Shown here: positions 1-14,600 of the stretch, piece by piece
How positions within the stretch are numbered: position 1 is the first letter of the stretch
Layout of the letters: each line of letters begins with the position of its first letter
Assembly: GCA_965235115.1 (NCBI GenBank)
Contig: OZ249440.1
Location: forward strand, 34,040,001-34,104,000
From: Laetmonice hystrix
Lineage: Eukaryota
Direction: 5' to 3'
DNA: 64,000 nucleotides
Translations under genes and position numbers: made by a program
The notes under the pieces: model-generated
Seen by the model: the letters and a program-made list of their open reading frames with translations, nothing else
The model's database searches: none
Told to the model about the DNA's origin: nothing

Positions 1-1819
1 CTCAGTGTCAGTGACCATACACGGTCAGAGTGTATACCTCCCCCACCCCTCCCCTCACAGACTGGTATCTCAGTCAGTGACCATACACGGTCAGAGTGTA
101 TACCTCCCCCACCCCACCCACTCACAGACTGGTATCTCAGTCAGTGACCATACACGGTCAGAGTGTATACCTCCACCACCCCTCCCCTCACAGACTGGTA
201 TCTCAGTCAATGACCATACACGGTCAGAGTGTATACCTCCCCCACCCCTCCCACTCACAGACTGGTATCTCAGTCTCAGTGACCATACACGGTCAGAGTG
301 TATACCTCCCCCACCCCTCCCCTCACAGACTGGTATCTCAGTCAGTGACCATACACGGTCAGAGTGTATACCTCCCCCACCCACTCACAGACTGGTATCT
401 CAGTCAGTAACCATACACGGTCAGAGTGTATACCTCCCCCACCCCACCCACTCACAGACTGGTATCTCAGTCAGTGACCATACACGGTCAGAGTGTATAC
501 CTCCCCCACCCACTCACAGACTGGTATCTCAGTCAGTGACCATACACGGTCAGAGTGTATACCTCCCCCACCCCACCCACTCACAGACTGGTATCTCAGT
601 CAGTGACCATACACGGTCAGAGTGTATACCTCCCCCACCCCACCCACTCACAGACTGGTATCTCAGTCAGTGACCATACACGGTCAGAGTGTATATCTCC
701 CCCACCCCGCCCCTTCACAGACTGGTATATTAGTCAGTGACCATACACGGTCAGAGTGTATACCTCCCCCACCCTTCCCCTCACAGACTGGTATCTCAGT
801 CAGTGACCATACACGGTCAGAGTGTATACCTCCACCACCCCTCCCCTCACAGACTGGTATCTCAGTCAGTGACCATACACGGTCAGAGTGTATACCTCCC
901 CCACCCCACCCCCTCACAGACTGGTATCTCAGTCAGTGACCATACACGGTCAGAGTGTATACCTCCCCCACCCCACCCACTCACAGACTGGTATCTCAGT
1001 CAGTGACCATACACGGTCAGAGTGTATATCTCCCCCACCCCGCCCCTTCACAGACTGGTATCTCAGTCAGTGACCATACACGGTCAGAGTGTATACCTCC
1101 CCCACCCCGCCCACTCACAGACTGGTATCTCAGTCAATGACCATACACGGTCAGAGTGTATACCTCCCCCACCCCTCCCACTCACAGACTGGTATCTCAG
1201 TGTCAGTGACCATACACGGTCAGAGTGTATATCTCCCCCACCCCGCCCCTTCACAGACTGGTATCTTAGTCAGTGACCATACACGGTCAGAGTGTATACC
1301 TCCCCCACCCTTCCCCTCACAGACTGGTATCTCAGTCAGTGACCATACACGGTCAGAGTGTATACCTCCACCACCCCTCCCCTCACAGACTGGTATCTCA
1401 GTCAGTGACCATACACGGTCAGAGTGTATACCTCCCCCACCCCACCCCCTCACAGACTGGTATCTCAGTCAGTGACCATACACGGTCAGAGTGTATACCT
1501 CCCCCACCCCACCCACTCACAGACTGGTATCTCAGTCAGTGACCATACACGGTCAGAGTGTATATCTCCCCCACCCCGCCCCTTCACAGACTGGTATCTC
1601 AGTCAGTGACCATACACGGTCAGAGTGTATACCTCCCCCACCCCACCCACTCACAGACTGGTATCTCAGTCAGTGACCATACACGGTCAGAGTGTATACC
1701 TCCCCCACCCACTCACAGACTGGTATCTCAGTCAGTAACCATACACGATCAGAGTGTATACCTCCCCCACCCCACCCACTCACAGACTGGTATCTCAGTC
1801 AGTGACCATACACGGTCAA

Positions 1820-1918
1820 AGTGTATACCTCCCCCACCCCTCCCCTCACAGACTGACCGTGTATGGTCACTGACTGAGATACCAGTCTGTGAGGGGAGGG
1901 GTGGGGGAGGTATACACT
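1820..1918. repeat. Inverted monomer forming a 36-bp perfect hairpin (first of 12 copies)
   Basis: Arm 1820-1855 AGTGTATACC...CACAGACTG, 27-nt loop, reverse-complement arm 1883-1918. Inverted segments start at 1853, 5496, 7663, 10835, 13003, 13699, 16068, 18236, 18932, 21301, 23469 and 24165. Confidence 0.95.
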
Positions 1919-4900
1919 GAGTGTATACCTCCCCCACCACGCCCCCTCACAGACTGGTATCTCAGTCAGTGACCATACACGGTCAGAGTGTATACCTCCC
2001 CCACCCCTCCCCTCACAGACTGGTATCTCAGTCAGTGACCATACACGGTCAGAGTGTATACCTCCCCCACCCCGCCCACTCACAGACTGGTATCTCAGTC
2101 AATGACCATACACGGTCAGAGTGTATACCTCCCCCACCCCTCCCACTCACAGACTGGTATCTCAGTCTCAGTGACCATACACGGTCAGAGTGTATACCTC
2201 CCCCACCCCTCCCCTCACAGACTGGTATCTCAGTCAGTGACCATACACGGTCAGAGTGTATACCTCCCCCACCCCACCCACTCACAGACTGGTATCTCAG
2301 TCAGTGACCATACACGGTCAGAGTGTATACCTCCCCCACCCCACCCACTCACAGACTGGTATCTCAGTCAGTGACCATACACGGTCAGAGTGTATATCTC
2401 CCCCATCCCGCCCCTTCACAGACTGGTATCTTAGTCAGTGACCATACACGGTCAGAGTGTATACCTCCCCCACCCTTCCCCTCACAGACTGGTATCTCAG
2501 TCAGTGACCATACACGGTCAGAGTGTATACCTCCACCACCCCTCCCCTCACAGACTGGTATCTCAGTCAGTGACCATACACGGTCAGAGTGTATACCTCC
2601 CCCACCCCACCCCCTCACAGACTGGTATCTCAGTCAGTGACCATACACGGTCAGAGTGTATACCTCCCCCACCCCACCCACTCACAGACTGGTATCTCAG
2701 TCAGTGACCATACACGGTCAGAGTGTATATCTCCCCCACCCCGCCCCTTCACAGACTGGTATCTCAGTCAGTGACCATACACGGTCAGAGTGTATACCTC
2801 CCCCACCCCACCCACTGACAGACTGGTATCTCAGTCAGTGACCATACACGGTCAGAGTGTATACCTCCCCCACCCACTCACAGATTGGTATCTCAGTCAG
2901 TAACCATACACGATCAGAGTGTATACCTCCCCCACCCCACCCACTCACAGACTGGTATCTCAGTGTCAGTGACCATACGCGGTCAGAGTGTATACCTCCC
3001 CCACCCCTCCCCTCACAGACTGGTATCTCAGTCAGTGACCATACACGGTCAGAGTGTATACCTCCACCACCCCACCCCCTCACAGACTGGTATCTCAGTC
3101 AGTGACCATACACGGTCAGAGTGTATACCCCCCCCCCCACCCCACCCACTCACAGACTGGTATCTCAGTCAATGACCATACACGGTCAGAGTGTATACCT
3201 CCCCCACCCCACCCACTCACAGACTGGTATCTCAGTGTCAGTGACCATACACGGTCAGAGTGTATACCTCCCCCACCCCTCCCCTCACAGACTGGTATCT
3301 CAGTCAGTGACCATACACGGTCAGAGTGTATACCTCCCCCACCACGCCCCCTCACAGACTGGTATCTCAGTCAGTGACCATACACGGTCAGAGTGTATAC
3401 CTCCCCCACCAGGCCCCCTCACAGACTGGTATCTCAGTGTCAGTGACCATACACGGTCAGAGTGTATACCTCCCCCACCCCTCCCCTCACAGACTGGTAT
3501 CTCAGTCAGTGACCATACACGGTCAGAGTGTATACCTCCCCCACCCCGCCCACTCACAGACTGGTATCTCAGTCAATGACCATACACGGTCAGAGTGTAT
3601 ACCTCCCCCACCCCTCCCACTCACAGACTGGTATCTCAGTCTCAGTGACCATACACGGTCAGAGTGTATACCTCCCCCACCCCTCCCCTCACAGACTGGT
3701 ATCTCAGTCAGTGACCATACACGGTCAGAGTGTATACCTCCCCCACCCCACCCACTCACAGACTGGTATCTCAGTCAGTGACCATACACGGTCAGAGTGT
3801 ATACCTCCCCCACCCCACCCACTCACAGACTGGTATCTCAGTCAGTGACCATACACGGTCAGAGTGTATATCTCCCCCACCCCGCCCCTTCACAGACTGG
3901 TATCTTAGTCAGTGACCATACACGGTCAGAGTGTATACCTCCCCCACCCTTCCCCTCACAGACTGGTATCTCAGTCAGTGACCATACACGGTCAGAGTGT
4001 ATACCTCCACCACCCCTCCCCTCACAGACTGGTATCTCAGTCAGTGACCATACACGGTCAGAGTGTATACCTCCCCCACCCCACCCCCTCACAGACTGGT
4101 ATCTCAGTCAGTGACCATACACGGTCAGAGTGTATACCTCCCCCACCCCACCCACTCACAGACTGGTATCTCAGTCAGTGACCATACACGGTCAGAGTGT
4201 ATATCTCCCCCACCCCGCCCCTTCACAGACTGGTATCTCAGTCAGTGACCATACACGGTCAGAGTGTATACCTCCCCCACCCCGCCCACTCACAGACTGG
4301 TATCTCAGTCAGTGACCATACACGATCAGAGTGTATACCTCCCCCACCCCTCCCCCTCACAGACTGGTATCTCAGTGTCAGTGACCATACACGGTCAGAG
4401 TGTATACCTCCCCCACCACGCCCCTCACAGACTGGTATCTCAGTCAGTGACCATACACGGTCAGAGTGTATACCTCCCCCACCACGCCCCCTCACAGACT
4501 GGTATCTCAGTCAGTGACCATACACGGTCAGAGTGTATACCTCCCCCACCACGCCCCCTCACAGACTGGTATCTCAGTGTCAGTGACCATACACGGTCAG
4601 AGTGTATCCCTCCCCCACCCCTCCCCTCACAGACTGGTATCTCAGTCAGTGACCATACACGGTCAGAGTGTATACCTCCACCACCCCTCCCCTCACAGAC
4701 TGGTATCTCAGTCAGTGACCATACACGGTCAGAGTGTATACCTCCCCCACCCCACCCCCTCACAGACTGGTATCTCAGTCAGTGACCATACACGGTCAGA
4801 GTGTATACCTCCCCGACCCCACCCACTCACAGACTGGTATCTCAGTCAGTGACCATACACGGTCAGAGTGTATATCTCCCCCACCCCGCCCCTTCACAGA

Positions 4901-7900
4901 CTGGTATCTCAGTCAGTGACCATACACGGTCAGAGTGTATACCTCCCCCACCCTTCCCCTCACAGACTGGTATCTCAGTCAGTGACCATACACGGTCAGA
5001 GTGTATACCTCCACCACCCCTCCCCTCACAGACTGGTATCTCAGTCAGTGACCATACACGGTCAGAGTGTATACCTCCCCCACCCCACCCCCTCACAGAC
5101 TGGTATCTCAGTCAGTGACCATACACGGTCAGAGTGTATACCTCCCCCACCCCACCCACTCACAGACTGGTATCTCAGTCAGTGACCATACACGGTCAGA
5201 GTGTATATCTCCCCCACCCCGCCCCTTCACAGACTGGTATCTCAGTCAGTGACCATACACGGTCAGAGTGTATACCTCCCCCACCCCACCCACTCACAGA
5301 CTGGTATCTCAGTCAGTGACCATACACGGTCAGAGTGTATACCTCCCCCACCCACTCACAGACTGGTATCTCAGTCAGTAACCATACACGATCAGAGTGT
5401 ATACCTCCCCCACCCCACCCACTCACAGACTGGTATCTCAGTCAGTGACCATACACGGTCAAAGTGTATACCTCCCCCACCCCTCCCCTCACAGACTGAC
5501 CGTGTATGGTCACTGACTGAGATACCAGTCTGTGAGGGGAGGGTAGGGGGAGGTATACACTGAGTGTATACCTCCCCCACCACGCCCCCTCACAGACTGG
5601 TATCTCAGTCAGTGACCATACACGGTCAGAGTGTATACCTCCCCCACCCCTCCCCTCACAGACTGGTATCTCCGTCAGTGACCATACACGGTCAGAGTGT
5701 ATACCTCCCCCACCACGCCCCTCACAGACTGGTATCTCAGTCAGTGACCATACACGGTCAGAGTGTATACCTCCCCCACCACGCCCCCTCACAGACTGGT
5801 ATCTCAGTGTCAGTGACCATACACGGTCAGAGTGTATACCTCCCCCACCCCTCCCCTCACAGACTGGTATCTCAGTCAGTGACCATACACGGTCAGAGTG
5901 TATACCTCCCCCACCCCACCCACTCACAGACTGGTATCTCAGTCAGTGACCATACACGGTCAGAGTGTATACCTCCACCACCCCTCCCCTCACAGACTGG
6001 TATCTCAGTCAATGACCATACACGGTCAGAGTGTATACCTCCCCCACCCCTCCCACTCACAGACTGGTATCTCAGTCTCAGTGACCATACACGGTCAGAG
6101 TGTATACCTCCCCCACCCCTCCCCTCACAGACTGGTATCTCAGTCAGTGACCATACACGGTCAGAGTGTATACCTCCCCCACCCCACCCACTCACAGACT
6201 GGTATCTCAGTCAGTGACCATACACGGTCAGAGTGTATACCTCCCCCACCCCACCCACTCACAGACTGGTATCTCAGTCAGTGACCATACACGGTCAGAG
6301 TGTATATCTCCCCCACCCCGCCCCTTCACAGACTGGTATATTAGTCAGTGACCATACACGGTCAGAGTGTATACCTCCCCCACCCTTCCCCTCACAGACT
6401 GGTATCTCAGTCAGTGACCATACACGGTCAGAGTGTATACCTCCACCACCCCTCCCCTCACAGACTGGTATCTCAGTCAGTGACCATACACGGTCAGAGT
6501 GTATACCTCCCCCACCCCACCCCCTCACAGACTGGTATCTCAGTCAGTGACCATACACGGTCAGAGTGTATACCTCCCCCACCCCACCCACTCACAGACT
6601 GGTATCTCAGTCAGTGACCATACACGGTCAGAGTGTATATCTCCCCCACCCCGCCCCTTCACAGACTGGTATCTCAGTCAGTGACCATACACGGTCAGAG
6701 TGTATACCTCCCCCACCCCGCCCACTCACAGACTGGTATCTCAGTCAATGACCATACACGGTCAGAGTGTATACCTCCCCCACCCCTCCCACTCACAGAC
6801 TGGTATCTCAGTGTCAGTGACCATACACGGTCAGAGTGTATATCTCCCCCACCCCGCCCCTTCACAGACTGGTATCTTAGTCAGTGACCATACACGGTCA
6901 GAGTGTATACCTCCCCCACCCTTCCCCTCACAGACTGGTATCTCAGTCAGTGACCATACACGGTCAGAGTGTATACCTCCACCGCCCCTCCCCTCACAGA
7001 CTGGTATCTCAGTCAGTGACCATACACGGTCAGAGTGTATACCTCCCCCACCCCACCCCCTCACAGACTGGTATCTCAGTCAGTGACCATACACGGTCAG
7101 AGTGTATACCTCCCCCACCCCACCCACTCACAGACTGGTATCTCAGTCAGTGACCATACACGGTCAGAGTGTATATCTCCCCCACCCCGCCCCTTCACAG
7201 ACTGGTATCTCAGTCAGTGACCATACACGGTCAGAGTGTATACCTCCCCCACCCTTCCCCTCACAGACTGGTATCTCAGTCAGTGACCATACACGGTCAG
7301 AGTGTATACCTCCACCACCCCTCCCCTCACAGACTGGTATCTCAGTCAGTGACCATACACGGTCAGAGTGTATACCTCCCCCACCCCACCCCCTCACAGA
7401 CTGGTATCTCAGTCAGTGACCATACACGGTCAGAGTGTATACCTCCCCCACCCCACCCACTCACAGACTGGTATCTCAGTCAGTGACCATACACGGTCAG
7501 AGTGTATACCTCCCCCACCCACTCACAGACTGGTATCTCAGTCAGTAACCATACACGATCAGAGTGTATACCTCCCCCACCCCACCCACTCACAGACTGG
7601 TATCTCAGTCAGTGACCATACACGGTCAAAGTGTATACCTCCCCCACCCCTCCCCTCACAGACTGACCGTGTATGGTCACTGACTGAGATACCAGTCTGT
7701 GAGGGGAGGGGTGGGGGAGGTATACACTGAGTGTATACCTCCCCCACCACGCCCCCTCACAGACTGGTATCTCAGTCAGTGACCATACACGGTCAGAGTG
7801 TATACCTCCCCCACCCTTCCCCTCACAGACTGGTATCTCAGTCAGTGACCATACACGGTCAGAGTGTATACCTCCACCACCCCTCCCCTCACAGACTGGT

Positions 7901-8659
7901 ATCTCAGTCAGTGACCATACACGGTCAGAGTGTATACCTCCCCCACCCCACCCCCTCACAGACTGGTATCTCAGTCAGTGACCATACACGGTCAGAGTGT
8001 ATACCTCCCCCACCCCACCCACTCACAGACTGGTATCTCAGTCAGTGACCATACACGGTCAGAGTGTATATCTCCCCCACCCCGCCCCTTCACAGACTGG
8101 TATCTCAGTCAGTGACCATACACGGTCAGAGTGTATACCTCCCCCACCCCACCCACTGACAGACTGGTATCTCAGTCAGTGACCATACACGGTCAGAGTG
8201 TATACCTCCCCCACCCACTCACAGATTGGTATCTCAGTCAGTAACCATACACGATCAGAGTGTATACCTCCCCCACCCCACCCACTCACAGACTGGTATC
8301 TCAGTGTCAGTGACCATACGCGGTCAGAGTGTATACCTCCCCCACCCCTCCCCTCACAGACTGGTATCTCAGTCAGTGACCATACACGGTCAGAGTGTAT
8401 ACCTCCACCACCCCACCCCCTCACAGACTGGTATCTCAGTCAGTGACCATACACGGTCAGAGTGTATACCCCCCCCCCCACCCCACCCACTCACAGACTG
8501 GTATCTCAGTCAATGACCATACACGGTCAGAGTGTATACCTCCCCCACCCCACCCACTCACAGACTGGTATCTCAGTGTCAGTGACCATACACGGTCAGA
8601 GTGTATACCTCCCCCACCCCTCCCCTCACAGACTGGTATCTCAGTCAGTGACCATACAC

Positions 8660-11600
8660 GGTCAGAGTGTATACCTCCCCCACCACGCCCCCTCACAGAC
8701 TGGTATCTCAGTCAGTGACCATACACGGTCAGAGTGTATACCTCCCCCACCAGGCCCCCTCACAGACTGGTATCTCAGTGTCAGTGACCATACACGGTCA
8801 GAGTGTATACCTCCCCCACCCCTCCCCTCACAGACTGGTATCTCAGTCAGTGACCATACACGGTCAGAGTGTATACCTCCCCCACCCCGCCCACTCACAG
8901 ACTGGTATCTCAGTCAATGACCATACACGGTCAGAGTGTATACCTCCCCCACCCCTCCCACTCACAGACTGGTATCTCAGTCTCAGTGACCATACACGGT
9001 CAGAGTGTATACCTCCCCCACCCCTCCCCTCACAGACTGGTATCTCAGTCAGTGACCATACACGGTCAGAGTGTATACCTCCCCCACCCCACCCACTCAC
9101 AGACTGGTATCTCAGTCAGTGACCATACACGGTCAGAGTGTATACCTCCCCCACCCCACCCACTCACAGACTGGTATCTCAGTCAGTGACCATACACGGT
9201 CAGAGTGTATATCTCCCCCACCCCGCCCCTTCACAGACTGGTATCTTAGTCAGTGACCATACACGGTCAGAGTGTATACCTCCCCCACCCTTCCCCTCAC
9301 AGACTGGTATCTCAGTCAGTGACCATACACGGTCAGAGTGTATACCTCCACCACCCCTCCCCTCACAGACTGGTATCTCAGTCAGTGACCATACACGGTC
9401 AGAGTGTATACCTCCCCCACCCCACCCCCTCACAGACTGGTATCTCAGTCAGTGACCATACACGGTCAGAGTGTATACCTCCCCCACCCCACCCACTCAC
9501 AGACTGGTATCTCAGTCAGTGACCATACACGGTCAGAGTGTATATCTCCCCCACCCCGCCCCTTCACAGACTGGTATCTCAGTCAGTGACCATACACGGT
9601 CAGAGTGTATACCTCCCCCACCCCGCCCACTCACAGACTGGTATCTCAGTCAGTGACCATACACGATCAGAGTGTATACCTCCCCCACCCCTCCCCTCAC
9701 AGACTGGTATCTCAGTCAGTGACCATACACGGTCAGAGTGTATACCTCCCCCACCACGCCCCCTCACAGACTGGTATCTCAGTCAGTGACCATACACGGT
9801 CAGAGTGTATACCTCCCCCACCACGCCCCCTCACAGACTGGTATCTCAGTCAGTGACCATACACGGTCAGAGTGTATACCTCCCCCACCACGCCCCCTCA
9901 CAGACTGGTATCTCAGTGTCAGTGACCATACACGGTCAGAGTGTATCCCTCCCCCACCCCTCCCCTCACAGACTGGTATCTCAGTCAGTGACCATACACG
10001 GTCAGAGTGTATACCTCCACCACCCCTCCCCTCACAGACTGGTATCTCAGTCAGTGACCATACACGGTCAGAGTGTATACCTCCCCCACCCCACCCCCTC
10101 ACAGACTGGTATCTCAGTCAGTGACCATACACGGTCAGAGTGTATACCTCCCCGACCCCACCCACTCACAGACTGGTATCTCAGTCAGTGACCATACACG
10201 GTCAGAGTGTATATCTCCCCCACCCCGCCCCTTCACAGACTGGTATCTCAGTCAGTGACCATACACGGTCAGAGTGTATACCTCCCCCACCCTTCCCCTC
10301 ACAGACTGGTATCTCAGTCAGTGACCATACACGGTCAGAGTGTATACCTCCACCACCCCTCCCCTCACAGACTGGTATCTCAGTCAGTGACCATACACGG
10401 TCAGAGTGTATACCTCCCCCACCCCACCCCCTCACAGACTGGTATCTCAGTCAGTGACCATACACGGTCAGAGTGTATACCTCCCCCACCCCACCCACTC
10501 ACAGACTGGTATCTCAGTCAGTGACCATACACGGTCAGAGTGTATATCTCCCCCACCCCGCCCCTTCACAGACTGGTATCTCAGTCAGTGACCATACACG
10601 GTCAGAGTGTATACCTCCCCCACCCCACCCACTCACAGACTGGTATCTCAGTCAGTGACCATACACGGTCAGAGTGTATACCTCCCCCACCCACTCACAG
10701 ACTGGTATCTCAGTCAGTAACCATACACGATCAGAGTGTATACCTCCCCCACCCCACCCACTCACAGACTGGTATCTCAGTCAGTGACCATACACGGTCA
10801 AAGTGTATACCTCCCCCACCCCTCCCCTCACAGACTGACCGTGTATGGTCACTGACTGAGATACCAGTCTGTGAGGGGAGGGTAGGGGGAGGTATACACT
10901 GAGTGTATACCTCCCCCACCACGCCCCCTCACAGACTGGTATCTCAGTCAGTGACCATACACGGTCAGAGTGTATACCTCCCCCACCCCTCCCCTCACAG
11001 ACTGGTATCTCCGTCAGTGACCATACACGGTCAGAGTGTATACCTCCCCCACCACGCCCCCTCACAGACTGGTATCTCAGTCAGTGACCATACACGGTCA
11101 GAGTGTATACCTCCCCCACCACGCCCCCTCACAGACTGGTATCTCAGTGTCAGTGACCATACACGGTCAGAGTGTATACCTCCCCCACCCCTCCCCTCAC
11201 AGACTGGTATCTCAGTCAGTGACCATACACGGTCAGAGTGTATACCTCCCCCACCCCACCCACTCACAGACTGGTATCTCAGTCAGTGACCATACACGGT
11301 CAGAGTGTATACCTCCACCACCCCTCCCCTCACAGACTGGTATCTCAGTCAATGACCATACACGGTCAGAGTGTATACCTCCCCCACCCCTCCCACTCAC
11401 AGACTGGTATCTCAGTCTCAGTGACCATACACGGTCAGAGTGTATACCTCCCCCACCCCTCCCCTCACAGACTGGTATCTCAGTCAGTGACCATACACGG
11501 TCAGAGTGTATACCTCCCCCACCCCACCCACTCACAGACTGGTATCTCAGTCAGTGACCATACACGGTCAGAGTGTATACCTCCCCCACCCCACCCACTC

Positions 11601-14600
11601 ACAGACTGGTATCTCAGTCAGTGACCATACACGGTCAGAGTGTATATCTCCCCCACCCCGCCCCTTCACAGACTGGTATATTAGTCAGTGACCATACACG
11701 GTCAGAGTGTATACCTCCCCCACCCTTCCCCTCACAGACTGGTATCTCAGTCAGTGACCATACACGGTCAGAGTGTATACCTCCACCACCCCTCCCCTCA
11801 CAGACTGGTATCTCAGTCAGTGACCATACACGGTCAGAGTGTATACCTCCCCCACCCCACCCCCTCACAGACTGGTATCTCAGTCAGTGACCATACACGG
11901 TCAGAGTGTATACCTCCCCCACCCCACCCACTCACAGACTGGTATCTCAGTCAGTGACCATACACGGTCAGAGTGTATATCTCCCCCACCCCGCCCCTTC
12001 ACAGACTGGTATCTCAGTCAGTGACCATACACGGTCAGAGTGTATACCTCCCCCACCCCGCCCACTCACAGACTGGTATCTCAGTCAATGACCATACACG
12101 GTCAGAGTGTATACCTCCCCCACCCCTCCCACTCACAGACTGGTATCTCAGTGTCAGTGACCATACACGGTCAGAGTGTATATCTCCCCCACCCCGCCCC
12201 TTCACAGACTGGTATCTTAGTCAGTGACCATACACGGTCAGAGTGTATACCTCCCCCACCCTTCCCCTCACAGACTGGTATCTCAGTCAGTGACCATACA
12301 CGGTCAGAGTGTATACCTCCACCGCCCCTCCCCTCACAGACTGGTATCTCAGTCAGTGACCATACACGGTCAGAGTGTATACCTCCCCCACCCCACCCCC
12401 TCACAGACTGGTATCTCAGTCAGTGACCATACACGGTCAGAGTGTATACCTCCCCCACCCCACCCACTCACAGACTGGTATCTCAGTCAGTGACCATACA
12501 CGGTCAGAGTGTATATCTCCCCCACCCCGCCCCTTCACAGACTGGTATCTCAGTCAGTGACCATACACGGTCAGAGTGTATACCTCCCCCACCCTTCCCC
12601 TCACAGACTGGTATCTCAGTCAGTGACCATACACGGTCAGAGTGTATACCTCCACCACCCCTCCCCTCACAGACTGGTATCTCAGTCAGTGACCATACAC
12701 GGTCAGAGTGTATACCTCCCCCACCCCACCCCCTCACAGACTGGTATCTCAGTCAGTGACCATACACGGTCAGAGTGTATACCTCCCCCACCCCACCCAC
12801 TCACAGACTGGTATCTCAGTCAGTGACCATACACGGTCAGAGTGTATACCTCCCCCACCCACTCACAGACTGGTATCTCAGTCAGTAACCATACACGATC
12901 AGAGTGTATACCTCCCCCACCCCACCCACTCACAGACTGGTATCTCAGTCAGTGACCATACACGGTCAAAGTGTATACCTCCCCCACCCCTCCCCTCACA
13001 GACTGACCGTGTATGGTCACTGACTGAGATACCAGTCTGTGAGGGGAGGGGTGGGGGAGGTATACACTGAGTGTATACCTCCCCCACCACGCCCCCTCAC
13101 AGACTGGTATCTCAGTCAGTGACCATACACGGTCAGAGTGTATACCTCCCCCACCCTTCCCCTCACAGACTGGTATCTCAGTCAGTGACCATACACGGTC
13201 AGAGTGTATACCTCCACCACCCCTCCCCTCACAGACTGGTATCTCAGTCAGTGACCATACACGGTCAGAGTGTATACCTCCCCCACCCCACCCCCTCACA
13301 GACTGGTATCTCAGTCAGTGACCATACACGGTCAGAGTGTATACCTCCCCCACCCCACCCACTCACAGACTGGTATCTCAGTCAGTGACCATACACGGTC
13401 AGAGTGTATATCTCCCCCACCCCGCCCCTTCACAGACTGGTATCTCAGTCAGTGACCATACACGGTCAGAGTGTATACCTCCCCCACCCCACCCACTCAC
13501 AGACTGGTATCTCAGTCAGTGACCATACACGGTCAGAGTGTATACCTCCCCCACCCACTCACAGACTGGTATCTCAGTCAGTAACCATACACGATCAGAG
13601 TGTATACCTCCCCCACCCCACCCACTCACAGACTGGTATCTCAGTCAGTGACCATACACGGTCAAAGTGTATACCTCCCCCACCCCTCCCCTCACAGACT
13701 GACCGTGTATGGTCACTGACTGAGATACCAGTCTGTGAGGGGAGGGGTGGGGGAGGTATACACTGAGTGTATACCTCCCCCACCACGCCCCCTCACAGAC
13801 TGGTATCTCAGTCAGTGACCATACACGGTCAGAGTGTATACCTCCCCCACCCCTCCCCTCACAGACTGGTATCTCAGTCAGTGACCATACACGGTCAGAG
13901 TGTATACCTCCCCCACCACGCCCCCTCACAGACTGGTATCTCAGTCAGTGACCATACACGGTCAGAGTGTATACCTCCCCCACCAGGCCCCCTCACAGAC
14001 TGGTATCTCAGTGTCAGTGACCATACACGGTCAGAGTGTATACCTCCCCCACCCCTCCCCTCACAGACTGGTATCTCAGTCAGTGACCATACACGGTCAG
14101 AGTGTATACCTCCCCCACCCCGCCCACTCACAGACTGGTATCTCAGTCAATGACCATACACGGTCAGAGTGTATACCTCCCCCACCCCTCCCACTCACAG
14201 ACTGGTATCTCAGTCTCAGTGACCATACACGGTCAGAGTGTATACCTCCCCCACCCCTCCCCTCACAGACTGGTATCTCAGTCAGTGACCATACACGGTC
14301 AGAGTGTATACCTCCCCCACCCCACCCACTCACAGACTGGTATCTCAGTCAGTGACCATACACGGTCAGAGTGTATACCTCCCCCACCCCACCCACTCAC
14401 AGACTGGTATCTCAGTCAGTGACCATACACGGTCAGAGTGTATATCTCCCCCACCCCGCCCCTTCACAGACTGGTATCTTAGTCAGTGACCATACACGGT
14501 CAGAGTGTATACCTCCCCCACCCTTCCCCTCACAGACTGGTATCTCAGTCAGTGACCATACACGGTCAGAGTGTATACCTCCACCACCCCTCCCCTCACA